Made by a program: the position numbers and the translations under genes
In this document: one piece after another, positions 23,719-37,035 of the stretch
How the letters are laid out: every line of letters starts with the position of its first letter
Numbering within the stretch: position 1 is the first letter of the stretch
The notes under the pieces: generated by a model
Seen by the model: only the letters and a program-made list of their open reading frames with translations
Told to the model about the DNA's origin: nothing
The model's database searches: none
NCBI GenBank assembly: GCA_040954595.2
Contig: CM082596.2
Span: forward strand, 1,765,854 to 1,829,853
DNA: 64,000 bases
Source: Balanoglossus misakiensis
Taxonomy: Eukaryota; Animalia; Hemichordata
Reading direction: 5' to 3'

Positions 23719-26700
23719 ATAACATTGCTTTGGGGAAAACGGTCAATGTCTGGCCTGTTGAAGAAATCTATAATGATTTGTCTCTTGTGGTAGATGGCAG
23801 GAATGATACTTGTATTCATCTGAAGTATGACAGAGACTTCTTACAACCACAAGTCAACATAAGGGTCGTTTTTGAAACAGGGTATACGGTGCAATCAGTA
23901 TCAGTTTCTTGTCAGGAAAACTGCAGTGATTGTAAGTGTGTGAATTCTACTTCTGAAATCTTCATTAATTGATGCACTTAAACTAGTCTAAAGAGTTTTA
24001 ATACTCAAACATAGGGTGTCCCATCACCCTTTAAATTGACAGTTTAACGTGATATAATAAATGTCTTAGTAAATTAATGTCTTGGTTACGTGTCATATGC
24101 CAAGATATTAAAAACACGATCTCAACAAACACATTTTTTTTCTTACAGGTCTGGACGGACTCACAAATGTTACAGTACATTCCAGCTGCTCGAGGATGTT
24201 TTCTTGTATCGAAGCAGATAGTTCTGTGACAATGCTACCCAATGTTCCAATTCCGTGTCGTAATTACTCCCTCCCACTAGTCGGGACATCTGTTGACTTG
24301 ACCTGGACAAACCTGACAACTGAAATGCAGTTGTGTGAAATTGGAATTTTTGGAAAAGGAGTCATGCAAAGATTGGGTAAGTGCATTGTAACGAAACACA
24401 TGTTACCACAGGTGGTATTGGACTGGGGAGTCTTAGGGTTAAGGTACGTTCCTTATATGCACCGATACACTCCTTATACTCTTTGTAATTAAAGTATAAG
24501 GATTAAGTGTACCTGTGTATAGGATTGTACCCTAACCTTAACCCATAGAGTACCCACTCCTGAGTGCCACCTGTTGGACCAAACAGACACCAGAATGTTT
24601 TGAAGCCAAACAATGGTGATTTTCTTGACAAAAAATGGACTAATCGAGTTTTTGAATTTGCTGATGTCATGCACCAGTTCGATGCAAATTTTCTGTTAAG
24701 AATTTTGCATAGATCTGACTTTATAGAAAAACAAAAGAGAATTGAAATTGAGTAAAGATTGGTAAGATTTCTGTGTATTACATAATTATATAACAATAAT
24801 TTCATAATGCCATGGTTACTGTTCTTCGGGTCCTCAGAAAATCAGTGTGAACCAAATCTTCCACGTCTGATAACAGCTTTTGCTGTTGCGACTCCAACTG
24901 AATCGCTGCAGAGTGACCAAGACACATGGTACAAAAGAGGCCAACATAGCAATCTGCCCTATCATGGAAAACGCTCGGCGTGCACTCTGCGTTTGTCAGA
25001 GTTTACACCAGTGAGAGTTCTTCATGTGCATCATCAAACTTCGGTAACTGTTGAATGTCCAAAAGGGATGCAGTTGCAATATTCGCCAGACATGACAATG
25101 AACAGAGCAACATTTGTCTGTGTCAATGGAAACTTTGGGCATAACTTCTCGAAATGTTTTGGTAAGAATTCAAATACTTGTATCAATATTCTGATTGAGT
25201 TCATAAATTTTCATTATCACCGCCCTTAATACAAAAAACATTCTACCGGTATAGACATCTATAGAATTCTATAGCTTATTGAATTCCTAAAGAAGTCTAC
25301 AGCATTTCTACGGACATCTTCAGATTTCTGTGTAGATGGACCCTTTTTCTGTTGGATTCTATTGAAGCATCAATATCTATAGAATGTTATATCGAACTCA
25401 ATAGAACTTGTTTGTAAGGCGTGTGTCTGAAACAAATTGTTCTCTGACATCTGCTCACATTCTTCTGATATTCAGATATTGATGAATGCGAACGTGGCCA
25501 AACTGAATGCGGTATAGATCGTAAGTGCAGGAATACCATTGGTGGTTACGAATGTGTCTGTTATGATGGATACAGTGAGCATGATGGCTTTTGTGTACCA
25601 ACTGCATCTGGTGAATCAGAAGAGGACAGGATCATCGGACATGAACCAGGTATAAGAGAGATTTCGCATAATGGCAAGAATAATGATAATGCACTATGTG
25701 TGGAACAATGGATTTAGAAGACTGTTCCAATGGAACAAGGAAAGTACATAGAACCTATGTAGTTTACATGAAGGTTTGAATTTTTCAGCTGCTGTTGAGA
25801 AATACTGTTCTGCCAGCCATGATGGACTTTGGGAAACAACACTGATAGATCATTATTCCAACTGGGCATCTTGTCCAAATGGAACTCGAGGTAGGCATAT
25901 TCAGACTTTTAACTTTTGTATGTTTGCATTTTTCTAAAACAGCATGTTGGTATTCTTTTTAAAAAAATGTGGTGTGTATTCTTAGGATTGATGAGACGAT
26001 TCTGCAGAGACGATGGAAAGTGGGATAAGCTAGATACCAGTTCGTGCAAGACAGAAAAACTTCTACAGATAGCTGAAAAGGTTTGGCAAACTGTATTTTA
26101 TATAGCTAGATGTCACCATCTAGTAGTATTTGTATAATGACATGATTCTGATTGCAGGCATTGAGACACCGTCATAAATTTGTGTTAAATAATTGGCTGT
26201 AGAACCAAACCTGTAAATTGTTTTATATGTCCAACCCATACAGGCCACTGAAGTGCAAACTGCAGCAGATGCCATTGAAGTGTTAGATCTTGTTGCCGAT
26301 CTTTCCAAGGATTCAGGTTCCATCTACTCTGGTGATCTCTTACTCTGCAGCAATATCATGTCAGATTTAGCTGCAATTAATGCCTCGGCAGAAGATACAC
26401 ATTTGAACGAATCCAGGAGCTACTTCCAGGTAATATAACGTTTATTACTCTGTTGGAATTCATAACATCAGTGTTTCATCTAGAGGATGGGTACATGTAC
26501 GTGACACACTCCTCATGCTTAAAATCATCAAAATCTAGGTAAAATAAAACCGTCTTCCACAAATGTTCGCACTTGTGGTCACATGCACATGTATATTTGA
26601 CAGCATGCAGAGCACTACTAATAAACTGTATTTTACATTTGTAATTCTTTAGCTGTTTGTGGATCAAGCTGGACAGCTTCTAGCACGGGACTTTGAATTG

Positions 26701-29700
26701 ATTTGGAAACAAATTTATGAGGTAAAGTAATATTTAACCCTTTTACCACCATAGTCCAAACCCATTGTTTTCTAATTGGTAAAGTTGGACCTCACAGAGT
26801 AGACCCACATTGTCACCATCTTTTTTGTCTTTTTTTGTTTAGACATATGAACAGAGTAAAGGTGTCATTAATCTATTCTCCGCCCTTGGTACATTTGGTG
26901 ACACAGTCTATGACTTCATGCGTAGATCTGGTGAATCTGTAACTCTATCCAGTGGAGATGTGCGTAAGTAAATTGACTGTCTGCGATACCAAACTAACCA
27001 GTTGAATGACCAGCCAAGAGACATATACTGTCCAACATTAGTGAATATTAGTCATTTATTACCACTGACTGTCTGTCTACCTTTTCCTACTACACCAGGT
27101 TACTTTATAATACCTACCAGTACATTCCTGAGTATGCAACTACCGGTACTTATTACATGAAGCTACCAAACCTCTCTGACATTTTTTCCTCTTTTGGTTT
27201 CCCAATAGACTTCAGTGGAACATTTGTGAAGTTCAAGAAGAAACTCGTCATTTATCCTTCAAGAGTTGAACTTCAGACAAGGAGACGACGACTACTGCAG
27301 TTGAATGATTCAGTTATGCCAGAAAGCTATGTAGAACTACCAGTGAAAACATTGGAAAAGTTGAATGCATCTGCGTCTGCCAGTAGGTCATATATTTATT
27401 CAATTTTGGTGCATGGCATCTGCTAATATTATTATTTCAGGGTCAGTACTTTTTCATGTGGTAATTGTCAGGATAGCTGATATTATCTTAAGTTTATTTC
27501 TTGTCTGATATTCTTGGGAAAATTTATTGTCATTCTGCTGCTAACAGTGTGATGATAATATATTGTTTTAAATTCCAACTAGATATGCCATTAGCAGTGT
27601 TGTCTCAGGTCTATGATAATCCTGGAGACCTCTTGCCTACGGAAGCTGCGTCGGAAAAGTGAGGAAACTTTTCACTTTGTAGATGATTTTGCACAGATAA
27701 GGTACTATTGCTACAAGCCCAAATTAAAGTGACATGCATTAAACCGTGATGGTCGATGAAATTCAGATGTTGCATTACACAGTCATTCGATGATAAAGGG
27801 TATATTAAAATTCGTCTGAAAGACCACCATGTTGTTGTTTAATGTTCCAAAGGGCAATGGAGAAAAGCTGGGTACGCTCTGTAACTGCTGTCAGACGAAT
27901 CAAGAAAGTGAACACACCTGTGATATCAGTGACTGTCTACCCAAGACTTCGGGAAAACGTTGATCTCGATGTCAGGATGAGATTCTATGAAAAGGAGGTG
28001 AGTTCATTCATTATGGATGTCAAACGTACTGTATCATGGGAAAAGTTTCACTTAGCGAAGTCCAGATATTTTCAATTGTATTCAGCTATTACAGAGATAT
28101 GTTGGGTGGTGGATTGGTATGACTTGATTTTATGCTATCCATTCATGATTAGTATTAGACACCTTTAATGTCAAATGTAAGGACTATTTCATGTGTAAAA
28201 CTGGGAAATGTAATTTCTAACTTTATATCTTTTTTAGGAAGGGTATAATCCAGAATGCTCATTCATCGATTTTGGAGCGAAGCATGGGTTTGCAATTTTG
28301 TTGCTATCTACTATTCTATTTCTGGCGTAATTTATCAGTTTGTTGATGCAGATAATAGTGTCCGATCAATCGTGTGTAGAATAATTTCATCTTTTTCCTG
28401 TCATCGTTGGTTTGGAGAGAGTCAAATTCCGTCTGTATATGAAAACAGATTGTAACTCATCAAATATTATTTTTCAGAGTATGGAGCACGCAAAGCTGTA
28501 GGGTCATCCGGCGTGGTAAACAAGACTCATGGAATTTTGTGGAATGTGCCTGTAACCATCTGGCCAACTTTGCTGTCATAATGACACTTGGTAAAGAACC
28601 GAAGGTAGGATCCAACAGTTTGGTTGACAAGTGATAAATATTATTGTGAAGTTGCTTAAATATTGTGGAGGCAAGATTGCTTGTTTGGCACTAATTAATG
28701 ATCCTCAATTCTTAAAATTCGTAAAACTTTGTTCCAGCCTTTTCTTCAAACTGCTTCGGAAACTGTCTTGATGATAAGCAGCGCTATATCAGCTTTACTG
28801 ATTTTCCTGAGTTTCATTGGTGTGTGTATGGCAAGGTGTGTAACTTGATGATTGTTCATACTTTAATGACAATAACTCATTGTCCTGTCCATCAAATTTT
28901 AACCCATTGTTGAAAAGCCATATGAAGACACAGATAGAATCCATTTTGCAGGTGGCACATGGAACGTGTTTATAAATGATTTTTGAGAAAACTGAAACGA
29001 TCACATTGTGTTTTCACATTATGTTCAAAATTAATTCTACTGTCGGATTCATTTGATTGACATCCAGATGGTGCAATCACTGGCGAAGATCATTTGATGT
29101 TCAGATGGATACAATCAGATTAAAATTGGCATTTACTTTTTTCAGGTTAACATCAGACTTCTATGTGATACTTTGCCAGACCATTCTTTCATTTGGATTC
29201 TTTCCTGTGTTGGTTGTCTTGAAAACCTATCTGGATGATCGAGAGGATAACGTGAGTTTTGTCTTGGTTACTTTCTAAATCATATTCCTAATATGCTCTC
29301 CATAGCTTTAGTAGGCTACCCCTCCTACTTTTATGATGGCAAATTTTACTTACATAATCTACAAACATGATATTTCTTTCTTCTTGTAACAGTTATGTAA
29401 ACTGATAGGTGTCCTCATTCAGTTTGCAAAGCTGAGTAATGCTCTGTGGATGATGAATTTGAGCATTCAATTTCTAATCCACCTGAAACTTTTTGTGTAC
29501 CGGCACTCAAATACAAGGTAAATATTTTTAGCTTTTCTTACACATAACAAATCAAATGTGCTTTATGTACAATTTTATTTCATTTTATTCAACAAGTATG
29601 TGGTTACTGTATGCATTCTGGATTGTAGTGAGTAATCATTTGAAACATTGGCAAAAATAACACTAACGAATTATATCAGTGATTATTAATTAATATTCAT

Positions 29701-31435
29701 CCTTTCAGATTACTGTCCATCGTTTCTGGTTGGTTGGTCCCATGTGCAGCATTTGTTTGTTTGAAGGAAGTGGACAGGTAATTAGGTTTAGAATAATATC
29801 ATCATGCTCTAGCTTTGAACAAGACACCAAGGCTGCTGCACAGAAGAGAATGTCAATCTGCCTTTTAACATTCATTCCCTTTATGTGCAACACTTGCAAT
29901 CATCATCCTGTTTTCTGTTTCTCTTATAGTTCCCCCTGTGTGGATGCTACAAGCATTTGTTCTTTAGTTGATGGGGCAGTCCTGCTGGTTGCACTGGTAT
30001 GTATATGGAATTGTTACAAATTATAGACATACATTTCTTATGTAATATAATCTGCATTCAGCCCTGATTTTGAACATTAACCAGGGGACTTTGGCCGTTA
30101 CAATGACATTGTTCGTTCAAGTTTCCACTCTTTTTTGTTTAGGCAACCTTGCCACTGTACTGGTTTAGTGTTTATTTGGTAAATGAACTGGTCAAGGTAA
30201 TATATGGACCAGAGGAGGAGATATTGAGGTATAGTAGTCAGAATAATAACATTTTGCTTTCTATCCAGACTGTCTGGGCAGGATGATCACCATCAGCTAT
30301 TTCACAGATCTGTGAAACTTTTGATTTAACTTATAAAGCTTCTTGGTTACTGTGATAAAGTTTATTGCTTTGAAAAAGTTTAATGATTCAAACTTTTTGT
30401 CTATCTTCACATCACAGCAACAAGATACAGTGCTCTGTATTCCTACATGTTGCATTTCTACTGACACAAATTACCCATTTTACTATGGGCATGATTAAAG
30501 ATCCAGTCTATGCTAACTATGTCCTGGCTGGTGCCATTTTTGTCGAGGTATGTACAGTTCTATGTTTTCAGTACCACCTGCATGTGCATGATGATAACAA
30601 AATCCAGTCTATATATAGTTTCAGACATCTACATTTTTACATGCACCCAGTACATGACAGTCTGTTTCATGTTCAATTTGCATAATGGTGAAGATATTGT
30701 TAACACTTCCAATTTCAGGGTTCTGTCATTTATCTGGGGTTCCTTGCCACCAATGAAGAGGTTGGTAAACTGTAATATTGTGTTTTGATAGTGCCAGTAG
30801 TTTGTGGAACAATGAAGGAAATTGACAAAGTCATATTCATCAATTGAAATTTAAAAATGCTAAGAATGCTACATTTAAGGCTTATGCATTCTATAGCAAT
30901 CAATCACCAACAATAAGCAGCTGAGGTACAGAACAAAATACTCAGAAATTGTTTTTTTAACAGCTTCTGATTGTGCTGCGGACCCGATATTTTGTGAAAG
31001 ACATTGAATACAAAGAAGCTCTGGCAGATTATGAAGCTGAGGATGCTCAAAGATTGGAAATTCAGAAGGAGAGACTGAACAGAGAGTGTGGGCGGGGATA
31101 TGGTGGATCTGGAATTCAGGTAAGACTAATAAAAACCATAAGAGAGTTTGTAGTATTAGGCTTAGTGTGGATTTAGCCGGTATGGAGCGGTCAACAAGTA
31201 TTCAGTTGTATTTTTACGATCAACCATCACCAGCATATCCCAAGCCAAAGTATTTCAATGAGGTGTACATTGTTTCGAATAATGATACTCATTAATGTTG
31301 ATATAATAAGTGTCGCTTATCAATATCTCTTGATAGTTTGAATTCCGAACACCTGGTCAGAGTGGTGTAGGAAGAAGGCAATATGGTTCACAGTGTGAAG
31401 AGATAGTTCTGGAAGACTATAACCAGGAAATTTAG
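23719..31435 (+). CDS. Adhesion GPCR (F-type-lectin/discoidin-like, sushi-like, cbEGF, HormR, GAIN/GPS, 7TM); 5' end not located
   Basis: Phase-consistent exons: 23719-23931, 24149-24376, 24838-25161, 25476-25649 (DIDECERGQTECGIDRKCRNTIGGYECVCYDGY), 25789-25890, 25986-26080 (RRFCRDDGKWDKLDTSSC), 26244-26429, 26653-26721, 26843-26963, 27209-27382, 27583-27658, 27853-27997, 28238-28286, 28478-28604 (WSTQSC...ECACNHLANFAVIM), TM exons 28738-28835, 29146-29251, 29393-29517, 29709-29777, 29930-29996, 30143-30228, 30418-30547, 30719-30760, tail 30964-31119, 31337-31435(stop). Confidence 0.88.
24425..24558. mobile_element. Degenerate foldback/MITE-like inverted repeat in aGPCR intron
   Basis: Left arm GGGTTAAGGTAC...TACACTCCTTATACT is an imperfect reverse complement of right arm AGTATAAGGA...AGTGTA...GTACCCTAACCTTAACCC. 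Confidence 0.55.
25222..25420. mobile_element. MITE-like relic with internal TTCTATAGAA-type subrepeats
   Basis: Ends GCCCTTAATACAAAAAA ... TTGTTTGTAAGGC form imperfect TIRs; the interior consists of degenerate TCTATAGAA/TTCTATTGAA units. Confidence 0.45.
26734..26797 (+). mobile_element. Short dispersed repeat, piggyBac-like MITE fragment (TTAA-CCCT end)
   Basis: TTAACCCTTTTACCACC...TCCAAACCCATTGTTTTCTA..TGGTAAAGTTGGACCTC is near-identical to the reverse complement of 40675-40734. Confidence 0.6.
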
Positions 31436-32402
31436 CCTTCGTATCGCCTGTTGTGGTCATATGGTGGACTTTGGTTGTAGCTCCAACTAGTCAATGAACA
31501 TCAGTGTGACACTTTATAGCCTCAAGTTGTACTTGTGACACATATACGGTACATGTAGTACCGTATAGTTGTACTGTGTTTTCAAATCATTATGCACAAA
31601 ATGAGGGAAGACTGAACTTTTGAATGACCTTGGAAAGAATTGAAATTCTACTTGCACATTTTATCAAAATGTTGAAAAAAAGTTTTACTACTTTGTAATT
31701 GTTTTATACATGTAATAGTATAGATAATGATTGTTTGAATTGATTTCCATGTGAACATCTTGAAGTGGTTCTGCATTATTGTGATTTATCATGAGTAATA
31801 TTAAGATATTTATTGTAACTTTCATCTGGAACATTCCCCTTGGGGCACCTGAAGAAACTGATATGGAAATCTCAAAATTCAAAACTCATCAGCTTTTACG
31901 AGAACAAAGATGTACTGCCCTGGTGAAAATTACCGATTTTGGGTGTTTGGGTTTCTGTAGTTACAAGATGCGCATGCTGGTGGATCCTGATCACGCATTG
32001 AACATGTGATGAGCAGAACAGATATTTGAGCTGACCTATAACCTGCTGTGATGCCCATGTCACGCCCACAATTATTGTAAGCCTTGGACCCCCCATGCAA
32101 GCAGGTGAGTGATTGTGGAGCAGCTTAGTGAGTACATGTGGTGTGAGCTAGTTTCTGCCAGCAAGGAGGGGGGAATACTTTTAGTTTAATATCATATATG
32201 TATTTTAATCATCCACAACCAATACCAGTAAGTACACAGTGTTCAATTCACAGTTCAGGTTTGAATGCTTTAACAAAACAATTCATTGTTCGATTAAATT
32301 GTTGTGGTCCAAAATAATTTCATGGTCGTTGTTTCTTTTATGTATCAAATCAGTGCTCTGACAGACCATTTTGAAATAAGATATGTTGAAATTCCCTGAC
32401 GA

Positions 32403-33942
32403 TCACTTGATGTTGAAAAATGGCAGAACTTTGGCACAATTCGGTCGCTTGATCATCCATTCATAATATGCTGACACGAGAGGGCGTTGTCCATCTCCCC
32501 AGAAACGTTTGGCAAGGCCGTACTGTTTCAGTCTGTGCATCAGTATTATCAGAAATATGTCGGCAGAACTGATGGTCTTCCCACAGAGAAAGCTGTCTCC
32601 TGCAGGCATAGAAAACAAAACCAAAACACATATTTTGAAACTGGCATAATGAAGGCATAAACACTGCTTTGTCATTTTTCTTCGCAACTGATCTTGTATA
32701 TTTATCCCTCTAAGGGCCTACAAACCATTTGGGAATCGTTTCTGTGTTGCCTTCAATTGGTCTTCAACTTCAGACATCAAACGATCAGTTCTTGATAGAG
32801 TTTCTCCAAATTCACTTTCGCTGATCAAATCCCACCGATTTTGTTCTCTGTTCTGGATCAGTTTCTCATATGTCTTCTTCATTTCTGGATGTTCCTTTCC
32901 TAGTTGTGCTGCTTTCTTCAGTATGTCTATGTTGCACACTATTGTCAGAAAAGATTTTGTGTTGTTAGTATAGTCTGCTACTTACCGGTAAGCTTCTCTT
33001 GGTACCCACTGAGTTTTGGTGGCATAAATACAAAAAACGTAATCCTGCTTGACTGCATGCAAATAGTCCATGGTGATGTCATCAAAAGCATTGCTGATGC
33101 CCAAATGAGTTTGGCAATGATAATTCTATCTATCTTGTTTCTTTCTCCCTGTGTTTTATTTTGTAGAAGATAGGCTTTGACACATATTGCTTTATATAAA
33201 CAGCTTACTTTTGATTATTGCCTCCATTCGTCCGGGCGGAAATTGTGCTGGTCCAGGAACGAGGTGGGGATGACGGACACTTCCTGCCATAAGGGCATGA
33301 CATGTGATTGAATCAGCAAAGTCTCGGAAATATATAACCTGTTTCTGTTCATCAGCATCTTTTGGGTGAAGAAGGATAGCTGTGAAGGGAACATTAAACA
33401 TTCATGTACATATAAAATTTTGACTGACGACCAGAAAATAGCACTTGTACTTTGAATACGAAAATTTAAGAGAAAACAATATAATTACTTTATCATGGCA
33501 CTTACTATCTGGGTATACCTCATCAAGGTATTCCACGATTCTTGCAGTCTCAGTGATAACTTTTTCACCATGAACGATGATTGGTATTTTACCAACTGGG
33601 TTAAGTTTAACAAACCATGGGTCAATGAATGCCATGTCAGCCACAGGAACAATCTTGCTTTCATAGTCAATGCCCTTTTCGACAATAGCCAAGCATGCCT
33701 ACACAAATGTAAAACAATAACTGAAGACTGTTTGAATCTTGCGTATGGGATGGGTAGCAAACAAGGCATCATGGTTCATTAACTTGTATGCAGTCTGTAC
33801 ATGTAAAATATCATGCCAGATATATTATGACCTGATGTCATCCAAAAACAAATTGTATGTTGGACTTGAAATTTTGAATGCATACCCTCTGTGAGTAGTA
33901 AGAGATGTTGTCGTAATACAGTGTGATTCTTGGGTTGCCCAT
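32403..33942 (-). CDS. GDAP1: GDAP1-like glutathione-S-transferase-fold protein (~276 aa)
   Basis: Exons 33942-33886 (MGNPRITLYYDNISYYSQR), 33698-33506 (LAIVEKGIDYE...PWFVKLNPVGKIPIIVHGEKVITETARIVEYLDE), 33379-33209, 32938-32726, 32599-32403 (FLCGKTISSADIFLIILMHRLKQYGLAKRFWGDGQRPLVSAYYE...RP). The long helical insert and HRLK..GL..R.W..G.RP....YY motif are GDAP1-type. Confidence 0.82.
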
Positions 33943-34571
33943 TTCTGCATCCAATTTTCAGGATCTGACAACGGAAGAAACCAGTGACCTCGATCAACAG
34001 CACAGCCAGCCTGATCTTGATCTAGTATGTCACATCCCCTTTGTTCTATTCATGGTTCGGTTACTTGTGCATTCGTGTGATGTAGGACAAAGGTTACGGC
34101 CAGCACAAATAAAGTAGTGTGCTTCTGTCATCTTTTTGACTGACAAGGTTAAACACCAGAAAGCCACACCCATTGGCATTTCTATAAACAGCAGACTTGA
34201 AGGGACTTGACCACAACAACACACACACACACACAAACAACCAATACAAAGTTCATTTATTAACATTAATTGATATTTATTCAAGTTGATAGATGTCATG
34301 GTGCAAATGCAGATGGCATCTGACAATATGCCAAATACACAGGTGGTATTTTTTATGTCTACCATGTAAAAGTCAGACTGATACACGAGAGTTCAATACG
34401 TCATTTCTTTTCCATCGCGGTAGTGCGTGTATTCCTATTACATCATGGTTGTTCCAGTCCGTAATGTCTGTATTTCTGTACTGAGTATTTCTGTATTCTG
34501 TAATTTGTATCTCTGTAGTCCATATTCTTCTGTATCTACACAAACAGTCTTGTCCTAAAGTTTATATGGTG

Positions 34572-36043
34572 TTAACTTTTTTCAACATGTTCCTGTTTCT
34601 CGGCTAGCTGTTTAGCATACTGATCTAAGTTCCTGGTCAGTCTTTGTTGGTTTGCTTGCAGTAATGACCTCAGTCTTGAGACAGGTGTTACTAACAACCC
34701 GGCTAATTGTCCTTGAAGTGTATGCAGTGATGGAAGCTCAGAGTATTTGATCATGTCCGGCACGGACATCAGTTGGTTTTCCACCTTTCCACCTGCAATA
34801 GACAGAAAAAAAGAGGTATTCAGATTTTGAGTTATCTTACAAAAGCACAGTAGAGTCACGATTTAAACTGCAAATGACTGAATAATAAGCTACATGTAGC
34901 TACATTGTACTTACCTAGAAGAAAGACCTTGGGTACTGTTTTGGCAACTTTCAGGAGTTCTTTCACCCGTGGTTCTTCACCAGTGACGTAGAGATTTGTA
35001 CTGACAGCTAGGGGAGTCATATTCACATACTGACTGCCTTCAAACACTTCCATCATTACAGCATTAGGATACCACTTCATGTTCAAGCCTTGTTTCCTCA
35101 GTTTATGGATGAACTTTTTCTTTTCCTCGGCAGAGAGTCCACAATCATGGAATACAGCTACCAGCTGATTTTGTTCAAACATCTGTCGTGCCTCTTTCTT
35201 TAGCAGCTCTTTCCATGGGTTTATCTGCAGAAAGAAAACATAATTTATGACAACACATGTACAAATACTAATTTAACCATTTAAATTTTAAATATAAATA
35301 ATGCGATCCACTGCCATTGGATGAAAATATTTTAAACATAAATTTCTGTCCATGACTATCATAACCATCACAGTTTGGTTGATTCCATTGTTTCTAATGG
35401 TATGGCTTTAACCCAATAAATTAACAGGAAAACCATGGTGTAAGCCTTAGTGTAATCATGATCTTACCTGAACTTGTTTCCCCGGTTGTTCCACTGTCAA
35501 TTTTCTCTTTGCACACTGTTCAGCTAGTGATCTGTCATCTACTGGTGGTTTATACTGTGTTAGTGCCAGCATTTTGGCTTTGACGAAAGGCATGGCTTTT
35601 TTCTTTCTTGTGTTGAATGTTTGTGTGCCATGTCTAACAAATGCCCAACTTGTGGTAAATACTGGCACTGTAAAAAGATAAAAAGTTACAAATTAACAGA
35701 CCTACATGTATCTCTACTATGATTTTCAGTCATGTCACTTTTTTCATATAATCTGAACCACTGTATATATGTATCTCTAAATACATGGCATGTAGAAACT
35801 GAAATGAACATGTTACATGTCATGTGCCATGTCACATGTTTATGAATGATCCTGTTACTGTTCGCAAGCGATTAGAGTATGCAGTGGATAAGATGATTAC
35901 ACAATATGGCCAATTGTGCTTAAATATATTGAGGCCAGGTTCATGACAAATGGAGGTTTCGTCGCAATTCATAATTGCAAGAAACCAGTTGCATAGAACT
36001 GTATTGGTAATGCCAAGAACTTACATCTACTGAAGGTCGCCAT
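34572..36043 (-). CDS. MRPL10: Mitochondrial large ribosomal subunit protein uL10m
   Basis: Exons 36043-36025 (MATFSR; CAAGATGGCG context), 35667-35468, 35224-34915, 34792-34572. LLGGKVENQLMS...IKYSELPSLHTLQGQLAGLL...LLQ....LTRNLDQY resembles the MRPL10 C-terminal half; basic N-terminus consistent with a mitochondrial presequence. Confidence 0.85.
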
Positions 36044-36460
36044 CTTGGTTGTAGACTGACCCATTTTCAATTAGAGCATTTCGACTTTTGAAGCCGAAAC
36101 CAAACCAACCACGGCAGTGATATAGTAGTAATAAAAATGCATACCAAATTGAGCAAAATGCTTAACTGTGTCAATATTATTGGTATATACGGAATATATA
36201 CTGCGAATCGAGCAGCAATTTCGTTTAATCAAAGTAGAGTCGTACCTTCACGGCCAATGGAACAACCCTGCGCGTACCAGTTACATATTATTTACATTTC
36301 TGCGCAACTTGATAGGGATAGGTGGCTAAAATATTGGCTGAGGCTTACGTACAAATGTGATATGCAGTTTAGTGAGTGTAAATACATATTTTAAGAATCC
36401 ATTTGGGACAATTTTTTAGTGTCGAAGGTCAAGCTATTGTCTAGAATATTCATAACAAAG
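36044..36460. promoter_or_regulatory. Bidirectional promoter between MRPL10 (-) and hyccin (+), including hyccin's probable non-coding exon 1
   Basis: YY1-type CAAGATGGCG over the MRPL10 ATG; CCAAT boxes in both orientations (~36254, ~36333); CpG-enriched; + strand donor AAAG|GTACGT at 36460/36461 that can splice to the acceptor before 37103. Confidence 0.55.
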
Positions 36461-37035
36461 GTACGTCCGTTATTTACTCCGTACACGTATATCTACAGTT
36501 TAGAAGTACATGAACCTTTAGGATCCTCATTCATGCTATGTACATGTACTATAGTATGGAGCCCCACAATTTTCCTCTTGGTCGAAAATATTGTTTGTAA
36601 ACGTGTGTCTGGATACCTGGAAACCTAATTGTTAGTTGAGTGTCAGCTGTTAAAAGTGTATGTGGTTGTAATGCCAGGGGTGGATACAGACAAGACATGT
36701 TACCATAGAAACACATTTCCCTATAGAGGTTCTAAAGGTTAAGAGGGTTACTTTTCTCAGTCAGATGTTGTGAAACATTTTACCATTCCCCTTAATTTTA
36801 GTCTAGGTGGATATACTTGTCTATTGTCTTCGAGTTTTCATCAAATTGGTGGAGCTTGAAATCAAACAAGTCATTTTAAATCCTATTTATGAGACATACA
36901 TGTAGTACCGGTATATGACAAAGACTATCTGTGCAAATTGTCATGTAGTGTTTTAACATTGTCCAAATGTGGCATACTTCACAGTGAAAATATGATTAAT
37001 ATAAAAACAAAGGTGTTCAACCAGTTGTCAATCAC

